Positions 28,019-39,726 of a stretch of DNA of 64,000 nucleotides are shown here, piece after piece. The DNA lies in assembly GCA_043228905.1 (NCBI GenBank), contig JBHGNT010000010.1, positions 18,104,001-18,168,000 of the forward strand. The letters run 5' to 3'. The stretch comes from Azolla caroliniana (lineage: Eukaryota > Plantae > Polypodiophyta). Below the pieces are notes generated by a model. That model did no database searches and was not told the DNA's origin. It worked only from the letters and a program-made list of their open reading frames with translations. The position numbers and the translations under genes are program-made. Within the stretch, counting starts at the first letter, position 1. Every line of letters starts with the position of its first letter.

Positions 28019-28063
28019 CTCGCTTCTGTTGCACAACATCACCTACGCCTCTCATTCTTTACA
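22404..28063 (+). mobile_element. decayed full-length Ty1/copia element; LTRs 22404-22651 and 27711-28063
   Basis: Homologous LTRs ending TTTACA; degenerate Met PBS TGGCATTAGAG (22652); PPT GATGGGGCG before the 3' LTR; flanks ATTA/ATTA. Gag (IEKLNMTNFTSW), protease (WFVDSRASNHM), integrase (YYVTFIDDF), RT (LYGLKQAP, ILYVDDL), RNase H (YTDADW, RTKHIEVHYHF); many stops and frameshifts plus an internal RT deletion. Confidence 0.9.
25282..26363 (-). mobile_element. solo LTR of the tRNA-Trp-primed gypsy group inserted in the old copia
   Basis: TGTCG...CATGACA termini; reverse TATA cccttttatagaacaagg; TSD ACGG/ATGG; homologous to the solo LTR at 39727. Confidence 0.8.
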
Positions 28064-28699
28064 ATTATGTTTAAGGTCACCACAACTATGACTCAGTTGA
28101 TTCATGCACACAATTGTGAGTCAATCAAGTTGCTTATATAACTACGATGCACCAACCATGGCTTGATCAAGTCACCAACACAATTGTAACTTAACCAAAT
28201 CAAAACATATTACATCTACTACCTCAAGGCAAAACATCTTATACTTACCCTACCCATTGGAATTGACACATACATATCACCCTCTGAATAGTGAATATGG
28301 CTTCCAACCAATGTTAATTTCCACAACATTTACCCCAAATACTAACCTAGAAACCCAACCTATCATACCAAAAATAATCTTTTTTTAGGTCTAAGTTTTA
28401 AATAGTAATAACGTGCTCGAAACAAACAATATTCAACTCATAGCCACGACTTTGAGTTAGACTCTGGCACAACATTTTCTAGACATAACCAAGTAACTAG
28501 AAAGTAAAAAGCCTAGAAGTTAATCACAAGGACGACACCATAGAAATAAGAGTAATCAAATAAGTAGTGAATTGGTGGCCTAATTACCTAACTAGAACCC
28601 ACAATTCAGAGATCAACAAGAAAATCGCAATGCACTTGATGAGAAAGTTACATAGCAAATGACACTCTTCATAAAATTAGTGTATGTTGAGATGTTACT

Positions 28700-28702
<3 letters not shown>

Positions 28703-28770
<68 letters not shown>
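28703..28770. repeat. (GA)n microsatellite
   Basis: direct reading. Confidence 0.95.
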
Positions 28771-28772
<2 letters not shown>

Positions 28773-28849
28773 TGAGGGGATTGTGTTCTAGATTTAGAAT
28801 GCATGAGGTTCGGGGGATTGTGTTAAGTGAGCAATAAGATGTTTTATGT

Positions 28850-29604
28850 GCAGTAGAGCATAAAGATCATCGTAATGCTGGATTAATTACTTATCATAAG
28901 GGTTATACATTATATTATGATGGCCATGTTCATAGGGATTATTCTGGGATTGCCATGTTTATAAGATATAAATTTCACCCAAAAGTAATTGTTTAAGATG
29001 AATTTGGAAGATTTATCGTGGTTGTGATATGTTATGAATGGAAAGTTCTTTGGTTAGTTGGTGTGTATGCAATGAATGTTTCACAAGAACAAAAGTTGTT
29101 ATGGAAATCTCTAAACTCAGTGCTTGATAATGGTAGACCGGGTTTATTAAAGGGAGATTTTAATGTTTGTTGTGAAGTAGATCAATCAACATCTATCCAC
29201 TCTATTATGGATGGACCAGAGGCTCAAGAATGGGGAGATTTTGAGATTGAAGTCATGTTAAGGGATATATGAAAATGGATCAAGGGAGATGAACTTGGTT
29301 ATACCTTTGAATCAACTCAATATATGGATACTTGGAGTAGGTTGGATTGAATGTATGTAATGCATACCAAGGGGTTTTTACCACAGATTTTGGATATTTC
29401 AGTGTCTTATGGGTCAATTATATTAGATAATTTCCCATTAATTTTTGAATTCACTCACCACTCAATAAGAGGTTTTCATGAGTTTTTAGGAAAGCAGTTG
29501 TTGATTTTTTATTCCCCATTTTTGGATCATGAGGTCGTCCATGCCTATATGTGTCAATTGATTGATGCATTTTCCTATCGTGTTCAATTTGATGGGTAAG
29601 AAGT
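28850..29604 (+). mobile_element. LINE (L1-like) APE endonuclease relic
   Basis: WLVGVYA..LLW..LLKGDFN..YTF..WSRLD*MYV..DNFPL match the APE motifs GDFN, SRLDR and SDH; truncated at the gypsy LTR. Confidence 0.75.
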
Positions 29605-30492
29605 TGTTAAGCGCTAGGATAACAACACAACCAGCCACGAATAAGAGCGCATCAACAAGGACGTAGAGGAAACAACAAGAGGAAAAGAAGCAAAGAGACG
29701 TCCAAGTGTGAAAGGCGCATACCCTAAACACGAAAGCTATATAAACCACATAGTAGTGGCTTTGTGAGGGTTCTCCTATTTGTAAAGATCTCCTAAGTGA
29801 TTAAGAGCTAGAAGCTTTCTCTCCTCTTTCTTGTAACCTTTAAGCTTAAGAGAGATTAGTGAAGTGTTTAATTAGAGAACACTAATCTCTCTTCCTTGTT
29901 GGTGCTAGACCTCTTAGCAAAGAGGGTTAATAAATATATTCATTAATCTTGTTGTCTACATTCATTACCCCATTGTTTATGAGAGCGAGCTTGAGAGAGT
30001 GAGAGAGATATTGTGCCTAATCATCTATTAGTTGTTAAGTGAGTGTGAGGCTCGGAGGTTCCCGACAACCATCTCCGCCCGATTCGCCATCAAGAGGGTA
30101 TACGCTGGTCCGAATCCCGCCACGACATCGAGGAGCTTACTCCATCGATACATAGATCCTTCACATCTATTTGGCGCTGCTGCCGAGGAGTAGTCAAAAA
30201 CTCGGAGGCAAACCACTTAACGAAGGAAGAAATCGCAAGAGAACTACTATTTTCTGTTTTTCTCACTATTTCATAGTTTAATTAAGTTGATTTTCTGTTT
30301 TTCCTCACTATTTCATAGTTTAATTAAGTTGATTTTCTGTTTTTCCTAACTATTTCATAGTTTAATTAAGTTGATTTTCTGTTTTTCCTCACTATTTCAT
30401 AGTTTAATTAAGTTGTTTTTCTGTTTTTCTCTCACTATTTCATAGTTTAATTAAGTTGATTTTTTGTTTATTTGTTTGTTTAACACTAAACA
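29605..30492 (+). mobile_element. putative 5' LTR of the host gypsy
   Basis: Starts TGTTAA, TATA box ctatataaa ~29737, ends TAAACA; followed by TTGTGGAGAT, resembling a tRNA-Ala PBS (TGGTGGAGAT); partner LTR not in the window. Confidence 0.55.
30249..30465. repeat. ~42-bp tandem repeat x5 at the end of the host LTR
   Basis: ttttctgtttttcctcactatttcatagtttaattaagttga repeated. Confidence 0.9.
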
Positions 30493-30635
30493 TTGTGGAG
30501 ATTGAGCCATTACAGGGCAGGTGTAACCACCGCGAGTCTCGTGGCTTACGATCATCCTACGGGACATGAAATGACCGTTGGCGCCAAAAAGTTTGAATTT
30601 CCCATGCAAAGTTCGTCGAAAGAACAGAGTTCGCC

Positions 30636-30925
30636 GAACCTTCATCCTTCGACGAGGATTCATCCTTCTACGAGGATTCATCCTTTGACGAGGATTCAAC
30701 CTTCGACGAGGATTCCTCCTTCGACGAGGATTCCTCCTTCGACGAAGATTCAACCTTCGACGAGGATTCATCCTTCTACGAGGATTCATCCTCCTACGAG
30801 GATTCATCCTTCGACGAGTATTCATCCTTCGACGAGGATTCAACCTTCGACGAGGATTCAACCTTCGACGAGGATTCCTCCTTCGACGAAGATTCAGCCT
30901 TCGACGGAGATTCATCCTTCGATGA
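30636..30925. repeat. 18-bp tandem repeat (~16 copies) in the host leader
   Basis: (a/t)ccttcgacgaggattca units; reads PSTRIH/Q/P in one frame. Confidence 0.92.
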
Positions 30926-32105
30926 ACCCTCATAATTCGACGAACCTACAAAAGCTTGACCATAAAACATGGCTGGATCCTCATGGATAGAGATGTTCAA
31001 AACCCAACCCGCACGCCAAGAAGAGTCCACCCAAACCAACCAAACCCACGATGCCGTCCCACCTAACCCAACTCGGTACCACGGAGGGTGGCTAACTCCA
31101 GGGATGCTACCAAACATGAACCTCCCATTGAGCCCAGGAACTAGAGCACCTCTCAACACACCCCCATTATAGGAGGAGAGCCCAATGGCAGACCCACTCA
31201 GTGTAGAGTGACACATACGAGACGCAACGCAAGAGTTACGGGTGATAGAACACGAAATCAATCTATGGACGGTACAACTTGCGAAAGGAGGACAACCGGA
31301 AAGCACCACTCGAGATATTGAAGCCGCTTTGGCGGAAAGGAAGGATAGATTTGCACGAGTGCAACAAAAACTTCACCTCCTAGAAACATCGTCGCACATG
31401 CACCGCCGAGGTCAGGAGCATAGCCCCGTACCACATTCAAGCACAATGGGCAACAACCCGAACGAAGCCTGCACACAATGATACTTGAGACCACTACGCA
31501 TGGGCACAACCCCTATACCCAACCAAGCTATCCCTACACCCTCAAACGCCGAACTCACACTAGCGCTACAATCTATCCAAACTCTTTTAGCATTAATGGA
31601 TTAAGAGCGAGCACCCACAGACCATCCGAGAAACCTCACAAATGATAGTGGGAATAGTGCTTCCATTTCTAAACTAGTACCCCATTTCCTCGGTTTCGGC
31701 GATGCCTATGATCACGTCGCGAGGTTCAAACAGATTTGTCGCGCTTATGAACCCCTCACAGAGATCACCAAGGTAGCCGCATTTGGACTTACACTTGATG
31801 ACCAAGTTGGAATTTGGTTTCGAACCTTGAATGGAGACATTGCCGCCGATTTCGAGTATGTCATCGAAGATTTCTTGATAAACTTCGCTCGTCGAGGGAA
31901 TAAATGGAACCCGATTGACCAACTTTTCTCCCTCAAGCAAGAAGCGAACGAAACGGTCAGGGACTACATACGTCGCACGAAAAGCCTGCACCATCGTTGT
32001 AGCCTGAGCGACAAGATGTCAGACGACAAGTTGATGAGCCGTTTCATTAATGGGTTGTTCGATCCGACACTCCAAAATTTCTTGATTGCCAGGATGTGTT
32101 GATCG

Positions 32106-35100
32106 TGTTACAAACAATGCTCGGCCACAACCGAGGAATGGGATCAACTCACAGAAAACAGGAAATACAAAATGCACAAAACAATAGAGAGAAAGGTACA
32201 CTGGATGTTTTGCGTGGAAAAACCCTAAATGGGAAAAAACCACGGGAGTCCTCAAACTCCAACTATCACTATGAACAGGGATGTACACTGGTGAAGCTAC
32301 AAGGCAACAACCTTGTGCTCACTGTCTTCGCCACAGGCGGCGGCAATACACAGAGGCAACGACCTCTTCGTCTCTCTCTCTCTCTCTCTCTCTCGGCTGG
32401 TCTCACTTTGCATAAAAATGAGCAACAACATAAAACTGTTTGCCCTAAGTCATATTTATACATATATGACTTTCGGGCTATTTACAAATATAGCCTCAAG
32501 GGCTCTTAGCAAACATATTCACAAATATGTCCCTGCATCCGGATCTCTCTCCGGGTACATTCGTCATCCGGCTCCGTAGCCGGGGTCTTCATCATCCGGA
32601 TCCGTATCCGGGTACTCTTCATCCGGCTTCATGCCGGGTACTCTTCATCATCCGGATCCGCATCCGGGTACTCTTCATCCGGCTTCATGCCGGGTACTCT
32701 TCATCATCCGGTTCCGTAACCGCAACCGGGCTTGCCGTCATTCATCTCCGGACATCCCATCCGGAGGGACCGTAATCCCAACAAACTCCCCCTTCACTTC
32801 GGCATGGGATGTCTCTCCAATCCGATCCTCTTCCGGCATGCTTCCAGCTTGTTGGGTGTGAGCACCTTGGTCAGCATATCCGACCCGTTCTCGTCCGTGT
32901 GGACCTTCGTCAGCACGAACTCCTTGTCTTCTATCCTTTCCCGGATCCAGTGGTATCTTCGCTGGATGTGCTTCGTCCGGGAGTGATAGGCCGCATTCTT
33001 CGCAAGGTGGATGGCACTCTGACTGTCGCAGTAGAGTCGGTACTCCTCCTGCCGGATACCGAGCTCTCTAATGAAGTCCTTCATCCATATTATTTCCTTG
33101 CCGGCTTCAACAGCCGCCATGTACTCCGCCTCCGTGGTTAACAACGCAACCGTCTTCTGCAGCCTCGACTGCCACGAAACGGCTCCCCCTGCATAGGTCA
33201 TCACATACCCTGATGTGGACTGGCTGGTATCTGCATCAGCCGACATATCCGAATCGGTGAAGCCGTCGAGTTCGGGCTTACAGGAGCCGAATCGGAGGCA
33301 CACGTTTGCAGTGCCCTTCAGGTATCGGAGTATCCACTTGACCGCGTTCCAGTGCTCTTTGCCAGGGTTGCTCATGTACCGGCTCACCACTCCGACTGCA
33401 TATCCTATGTCCGGTCTCGTACACACCATGGCGTACATCAAGCTCCCGACGGCTGAGGCATATGGCACTTTCATCATATCCTCCTTTTCAGCCTTTGTCT
33501 TGGGACTTTGCTTGTTGGACAGCTTGCAGTTTGCCGGGAGGGTCGATCCGACCGGTCTTGCTTCCGACATGTTGAACCGGTGAAGCACCTTTGTCACGTA
33601 CTTCTCCTGTGACAACCACAACTGCTTCTTCTTCCGGTCCCGGATGATATGCATCCCTAGTATTTGCCTCGCCGGACCCAGGTCCTTCATTGAGAAGGTT
33701 CGGTGAAGCGCTTTCTTCAGCATCCGTATCTTGACCTGATCCCGTCCGACGATCAACATGTCGTCCACGTACAGGAGGAGTATTAGAGAGTCTCCTCCTT
33801 CGAACTTCTTCACAAACACGCAGTGATCAGACTGCGTTTTGTGGTACCCTTCGTCGGTCATGAAGGAGTCGAACTTCCGGTACCATTGCCGGGGAGCCTG
33901 CTTCAGTCCGTAAAGGCTCTTCTTCAACCGGCATACCAGGTGCTCCTTCCCTTTCTTCTCGAATCCTTCCGGCTGCTGCATGTAGATCTCTTCTTCGAGG
34001 TCACCGTGAAGGAATGCCGTCTTCACGTCCATCTGTTCTACCTCGAGGTCCATGCTTGCCGCAATGCTCAGCACCGTTCGGATGGAGGTCATCTTCACTA
34101 CCGGGGCAAATATCTCGTCGAAGTCGACGCCCTTCTTCTGCTGGAACCCCTTCACCACGATCCTGGCTTTGTATCTCGGGGGGTTTCCGGCATCTCCCGG
34201 TTTCAGCTTGAACACCCACTTGTTACGGAGTGCCCGTTTTCCTTTCGGCAACTCCACAAGTTCATATGTGTGGTTCTCATGCAGGGAATCCATCTCGTCC
34301 TGCATGGCACTTAACCACCTGCGGCTCTGGGTGTCATGCTTTGCTTCTTCAAAGCTCTCCGGCTCCCCCTCGTCGGTTAGCAGCACGTGCTCTGGTTCCG
34401 GAAATCTCCGGGGGGCCCTTCTCTCTCTTAGAGGATATCTCCGTTCCGGAGCTTCGGTAACCGGTTCTTCCGATTCTTCTTCATCCGAATCCATTTCGGG
34501 ATCGGGGCCGGTTCCGGTATCATTTTCATCTTCTTCGGCCGGTTCTGTTTCTTCACCGTCTTCGGCCGGGTCCTCGAGTGCTAACCGGTCCCTTGCCGGT
34601 TGGGACTGCTCCTCGTAGAGTTGATCCTCACCGGTCGACTTGGAGCTCTTCATCTTCTTCTCCGACTCCCAGTCGGCGAGTGTCTTGTTCTCCATGAAGA
34701 TGATATCTCGACTCCTGAATATCTTCTTGTCGACCGGGTCCCATACTCGGTAGCCGAACTCGTCGTCGCCGTAACCGAGGAATATGCATGGCCGGGTCTT
34801 TGGATCTAACTTTCCTCTCCGGTCCTTTGCCACATGCACGTATGCGAGACACCCGAACACCTTCAGATGCCGGTAGGACACTTCCTTACCGGTCCACACT
34901 TTCTGCGGCGTGTCTCCGTCCAAAGGCACTGAGGGTGATCTATTTATCACATACGTCGCCGTCGACATTGCCTCAGCCCAAAATCCCTTGGGTAATTTCG
35001 CATGCGCCAGCATACTCCGAACCCTCTCCATTATGGTCCGGTTCATCCTCTCGGCCAGCCCGTTCAGTTCCGGCGTCTTCGGCACAGTAAACTCGAGTCG

Positions 35101-37576
35101 GATTCCCTTCGAGCGACAGTACTCCTGGAACTGCCCCCGGTATTCCCCTCCGTTATCCGCTCGTATCGCTTTCAGCTTCTTGCCGGATTCCCTTTCCACT
35201 CTCGCGTGGAGTTCTTTGAAGACGCACAACACTTGGTCCTTTGTCTTCAACGGTGCCGTCCACAGCTTCCGGCTGTGGTCATCAATGAATGTCACGAAGT
35301 ACTGGGCTCCACCATGTGACTTCGTCTCTACTTGACACACGTCAGTGTGCACCAGCTCCAATGGTGCGCTACGTCTCGTCGGTGGCCTTGAGTGGAAGGA
35401 GGTCCGGTTTTGCTTACCGGCCAGGCAGTCGGTGCACTTCTCCAGGTGCACATGCTTCACTGGAATAAGGTTGTCTTCTGCAAGCCTCTTCATCCCCTTC
35501 TCACTCATGTGGCACAGTCTTTTGTGCCACAGCTCACCGGCAGTGTCGGCTGCCACATTCAGCTCTTCCGGACATAACCGGGCATTCATCAGGTATAGTG
35601 TGTTGACCTTCCGGGCCCGAGCCACTATCAGGCTCCCCTTGCTGAACTTCATTACGCCGTTCCGGATGCTACCTGTGTAGCCTTCATCGTCTAGCCTCCC
35701 GGCCGAAATCAGGTTCAATCGAACCTCCGGAACGTGTCTGACATCCTTCAGCAGCATTTTGCATCCGGTCGGGGTTGTTAACCACACGTCTCCTATGCCG
35801 GCAATCCGGCATGTACCTTCATTTCCCATCCGGACACAGCCGTGCTCACCGGCTGTGTAGGATGAGAAGTATTTCTTCTCCGGGGTCAGGTGGAACGACG
35901 CTCCGGAATCGACCACCCAGGTCATCTCTACGCCGGCAAGGTTCAGCTCCCTCTCTTCGGTAATGAGCATGATTTCTTCTTCACTTGCCGCGAGTGCCGT
36001 CGTTCCTTTCCGGTCCTGCCCTCGCCGATCCGGACCTCTCCGGTCCGTGGCTCCCCGGTATGCACCGTTTCTCTCCGGTGACTTCTTCGAATCGGTGTCG
36101 TCGGCTCCGTTGTCTTTTCGGTAATGCCGACAATTCTTCCGGAAGTGCCCCGTCTTCCCACAGTGGAAGCATGTGGGCCTTCCTCTTGACTGCGACCGGG
36201 TCCCCGACTTCTCCCGTCTTTGCGGACTCCGGTTCCGATGTCTTCCCCATTCCGATTCGGTAAGCAGCGCCTTCGAGTCGGAGGCCGGTTCTTTATCTCT
36301 CCGACGCGCTTCTTCGTTCAAAATGCTTGTCTTTACCGTTTGTAGAGACAAGTTATCTTCGGTGCAGGAGGTGCTGAGAGTCACCACCAAGTTCTCCCAG
36401 CTTTCCGGCAATGTACACATCAGAATGATGGCTTGCATTGCATCCTCCAACGGGAACTTGATCGCCGCAAGCTGGTTCACGAATCCCATGAACGTGCTCA
36501 CGTGTTCCACCATACTCTCGCCGTCCCGGTACTTGAGGTTCACTATCTTTCTCATCAGGGAGGTCCGGTTCAACGCATTCTTCCTCTCGTAGAGGCCCGA
36601 CAGCTTCCTCCACATCTCATATGCGTTGGTGTCGTTCGCCACGTGTTGTAGAACGCTCACGTCGACGTATTGCCGAATGGTTGCAACGGCTTTCCGGTTC
36701 AGAAGCCTCCACTCCGTCTCAAGTACCCCCTTGGGTATTTCCGACCTGTCGATCGGTTCATACAGGTCCCGAACAATGAGCAGATCCTCCATCTTTATCT
36801 TCCAGTCGGCGTAGTTCTGCGCGTTCAGCACCATCATCCCCGGCTGCCCGCTGCTGCCGCCTTCCATTTTCTGTGTTACCGTCGCTCTGATACCACTTTG
36901 TTACAAACAATGCTCGGCCACAACCGAGGAATGGGATCAACTCACAGAAAACAGGAAATACAAAATGCACAAAACAATAGAGAGAAAGGTACACTGGATG
37001 TTTTGCGTGGAAAAACCCTAAATGGGAAAAAACCACGGGAGTCCTCAAACTCCAACTATCACTATGAACAGGGATGTACACTGGTGAAGCTACAAGGCAA
37101 CAACCTTGTGCTCACTGTCTTCGCCACAGGCGGCGGCAATACACAGAGGCAACGACCTCTTCGTCTCTCTCTCTCTCTCTCTCTCTCGGCTGGTCTCACT
37201 TTGCATAAAAATGAGCAACAACATAAAACTGTTTGCCCTAAGTCATATTTATACATATATGACTTTCGGGCTATTTACAAATATAGCCTCAAGGGCTCTT
37301 AGCAAACATATTCACAAATATGTCCCTGCATCCGGATCTCTCTCCGGGTACATTCGTCATCCGGCTCCGTAGCCGGGGTCTTCATCATCCGGATCCGTAT
37401 CCGGGTACTCTTCATCCGGCTTCATGCCGGGTACTCTTCATCATCCGGATCCGCATCCGGGTACTCTTCATCCGGCTTCATGCCGGGTACTCTTCATCAT
37501 CCGGTTCCGTAACCGCAACCGGGCTTGCCGTCATTCATCTCCGGACATCCCATCCGGAGGGACCGTAATCCCAACA
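32106..37576 (-). mobile_element. intact young Ty1/copia element (Tnt1/Tork-like)
   Basis: 678-bp LTRs 32106-32783 and 36899-37576 (TG...CA), no differences seen; 5-bp TSD GATCG; Met PBS TGGTATCAGAGC (36895-36884); PPT GAAGGGGGAG; single long ORF. Confidence 0.97.
32794..36867 (-). CDS. Ty1/copia gag-pol polyprotein, 1357 aa, uninterrupted
   Basis: CFHCGKTGHFRKNC knuckle; WVVDSGAS protease; WHKRLCH..C..C and VHTDV/RADNGGEY/NGLAER integrase; LLYVDDML RT; FTDSDM..RTKHI RNase H. Confidence 0.97.
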   Translation of the reverse strand: MEGGSSGQPGMMVLNAQNYADWKIKMEDLLIVRDLYEPIDRSEIPKGVLETEWRLLNRKAVATIRQYVDVSVLQHVANDTNAYEMWRKLSGLYERKNALNRTSLMRKIVNLKYRDGESMVEHVSTFMGFVNQLAAIKFPLEDAMQAIILMCTLPESWENLVVTLSTSCTEDNLSLQTVKTSILNEEARRRDKEPASDSKALLTESEWGRHRNRSPQRREKSGTRSQSRGRPTCFHCGKTGHFRKNCRHYRKDNGADDTDSKKSPERNGAYRGATDRRGPDRRGQDRKGTTALAASEEEIMLITEERELNLAGVEMTWVVDSGASFHLTPEKKYFSSYTAGEHGCVRMGNEGTCRIAGIGDVWLTTPTGCKMLLKDVRHVPEVRLNLISAGRLDDEGYTGSIRNGVMKFSKGSLIVARARKVNTLYLMNARLCPEELNVAADTAGELWHKRLCHMSEKGMKRLAEDNLIPVKHVHLEKCTDCLAGKQNRTSFHSRPPTRRSAPLELVHTDVCQVETKSHGGAQYFVTFIDDHSRKLWTAPLKTKDQVLCVFKELHARVERESGKKLKAIRADNGGEYRGQFQEYCRSKGIRLEFTVPKTPELNGLAERMNRTIMERVRSMLAHAKLPKGFWAEAMSTATYVINRSPSVPLDGDTPQKVWTGKEVSYRHLKVFGCLAYVHVAKDRRGKLDPKTRPCIFLGYGDDEFGYRVWDPVDKKIFRSRDIIFMENKTLADWESEKKMKSSKSTGEDQLYEEQSQPARDRLALEDPAEDGEETEPAEEDENDTGTGPDPEMDSDEEESEEPVTEAPERRYPLRERRAPRRFPEPEHVLLTDEGEPESFEEAKHDTQSRRWLSAMQDEMDSLHENHTYELVELPKGKRALRNKWVFKLKPGDAGNPPRYKARIVVKGFQQKKGVDFDEIFAPVVKMTSIRTVLSIAASMDLEVEQMDVKTAFLHGDLEEEIYMQQPEGFEKKGKEHLVCRLKKSLYGLKQAPRQWYRKFDSFMTDEGYHKTQSDHCVFVKKFEGGDSLILLLYVDDMLIVGRDQVKIRMLKKALHRTFSMKDLGPARQILGMHIIRDRKKKQLWLSQEKYVTKVLHRFNMSEARPVGSTLPANCKLSNKQSPKTKAEKEDMMKVPYASAVGSLMYAMVCTRPDIGYAVGVVSRYMSNPGKEHWNAVKWILRYLKGTANVCLRFGSCKPELDGFTDSDMSADADTSQSTSGYVMTYAGGAVSWQSRLQKTVALLTTEAEYMAAVEAGKEIIWMKDFIRELGIRQEEYRLYCDSQSAIHLAKNAAYHSRTKHIQRRYHWIRERIEDKEFVLTKVHTDENGSDMLTKVLTPNKLEACRKRIGLERHPMPK

Positions 37577-39110
37577 GATCGTTCGCTGAAGCATGCACAG
37601 TAGTGACGACCTTTGAAGATTCAATGAGCGGGTTACTGATACCCACTCAAACACCTATGAACAACCGCGAGAAATCCTCAGACCCCACCCCTACTCTACC
37701 CACACCACCGCAAACACCCCATATAGAAAGACCCCAAGCATACGCCCAATGAGAAAATGTAAGGTGCACGGTATGCCACGGCCACCACACAGGACATGAG
37801 TGTCCTCTCCTCCATCAACGACGGCCGCAATACTGTAAGTGGTGCAAAGCTTTCATGATGCATACTCAAGAGAACTGCTGGCAAACCCCCACTGGAAGGT
37901 ACGACCAAATGCCAATGGTGGAACACCCACACTCACCTCCACCACTTAGCCACCCACCACTACCAGCGATACTCCCTCAACAACCCCCACTACCACGCAT
38001 CGACGCCCGCCTCGCTGAACTGGAATATACCATAGATAACCAAACCTAGGTCGGGGTGAGCACCCCCGAATATGAAGACTCGTACCGGGAGTATGGCATT
38101 GAAGAAGAGGTGCTGTCCCACTTCGTGGACTTCGAAGGTGACCAAATACCAGTGTACGTCCTGAGAGGGGAACAATGTGGACCCCCAATGGGATACCACG
38201 ACAACAATGGTCTAAGGAGGACAGAATTGAAATGTTTCAACTGCCAAGGCCCACATATGGTTAGCGAGTGCCCAACCAACATGAATACTACAACTAGATG
38301 ACCCAATGACCACGACACCTCCCACTCGACACGCCCCCACAACCACCGGCGTAAGGCCTCACCCAACAGTCGCAAGACCTTATCGAATGGTTCCAAAGAG
38401 AAGCATCATGCCCAGGGTGCGGTAAGGAACACTTAATACCTGATTTCCCGAAAAAGAAGAAAAGGATCAACACAAATCTGCTGTCCATTGTACCATCCAC
38501 GATCGGTGCCAATGTCATCACACGGGCCCAACGAGTAGCGCATAATTTAAAATACCAAGATCAAGGTCTCCATGCGACCACACGAAAGAGACGAAAATCT
38601 AGAAAGAATAATTCCACGTAGACCTCAAAACAAGATGAAGAACCGGAGGGAGACATAGAAACATTACCTGTCAATCCGAATCAAGAGCTACTGGCACACC
38701 TAGCAACATACCCAAACCTAGTAGTTGAGAAACAAAAGGTAGAAGAATACATCAAGCTCATACGCCACGAACAGTTCGAAAAATCACTTAGTCTCCCAAG
38801 CTTAAACTTCGACCAACTGGAAGAATGGGTAAACCCCTCACCTCCCCCCGTCGTCACACCAACTGACTCCCCCACTTGCCATCCTACCCCGATCAAAGAG
38901 GTCAACACAACCCTACTCTAGCAAATCTTAAATTTAAGATTGCGACTCACATTACGCGAAGTGAGAGCTACACTAGCACCTTCATAGCCGACAACCCCCC
39001 TGCTACGACCTCTACTCGCTAAGGAAATAGAGTTCACGCTCGAAGAACTACTCAAACTTGACATTCAACCGTGGCACGACGTCCTCCGACGCCTCAATGG
39101 TGGCCTATCG

Positions 39111-39726
39111 GTGGGGTATGGTGAAAGGATACATACCCACACTCCTCATACGTCCACAGTCCTCAAACAACCCGAAGGACCGCCAATCAATGTCCACGAA
39201 GCTCACTTCGAGAGCGACGATACTAGTTTCACTCTACCAGTTTGCGTCAATGGTAAGATGTGTGACGCAATCATTGACACTGGAGCAAGGGTAAGTATCA
39301 TCAGCTACGAATGTTGGTGTAAGTGGGGGAGCCCAAAAATGCTTCCTTTAGATGTTAAACTAGGAATGGCAGATGGGTCCATCCAAAGGCCAGAAGGCAT
39401 GATCCCTGCGCATCACTTCAGTATCCACGGAGTGGAGTTCAATCTCACCTTCGTCATCACAAGATCATCCAACCATGTGGCCTACGAGTGCTTACTAGGA
39501 AGACCATTCCTACGTATAAGCCGCATGGTAATGGATTTCGGGAACGATATAATCTATATGCATAAAGACAACAAAACCTTTTGCATCAAAGCATACACAC
39601 AAAAAGTGCATGAACAAGAAGGCAACCCTCTCGTAGACGATTGGTCAGCAACCACCGAGTTCGAGACCAACCTCCTAGCGTGCAACCCCACAAAGATAGT
39701 TCAACTCTTGGCCAGAGGCCAACCGT
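39111..39726 (+). pseudogene. host gypsy aspartic protease
   Basis: AIIDTGARVSII...LGMADGS...CLLGRPFL. Confidence 0.85.

Larger units (their letters stand above)
21896..28270 (-). mobile_element. possible old LTR (~0.7 kb net) split by the copia at 22404-28063
   Basis: Near-inverted termini TGTGTCCA (21896) / TTGACACA (28270); reverse TATA cttttatag at ~22167; no clear TSD. Confidence 0.35.
31500..38530 (+). pseudogene. host gypsy gag, interrupted by the copia at 32106-37576
   Basis: VPHFLGFGDAYDHVARFKQIC..LKQEANETVRDYIRR..FINGL; downstream Cys/His motifs and zinc knuckle CFNCQGPHMVSECP; several stops. Confidence 0.7.

Noticed and set aside
30451-30990. Arg-rich (RRRMNP)n and (PSTRIH)n ORFs as host genes
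   Set aside because: By-products of an 18-bp tandem repeat inside a retroelement.
32101-32105. Copia TSD GATCG as further evidence of CpG targeting
   Set aside because: Different superfamily, CG is not central, and the other copia TSDs (ATAGC, ATTA) lack CG.
32809-36814. Numerous plus-strand ORFs overlapping the copia pol, and similar ones over the gypsy ORFs
   Set aside because: Antisense shadow ORFs of GC-rich coding sequence.
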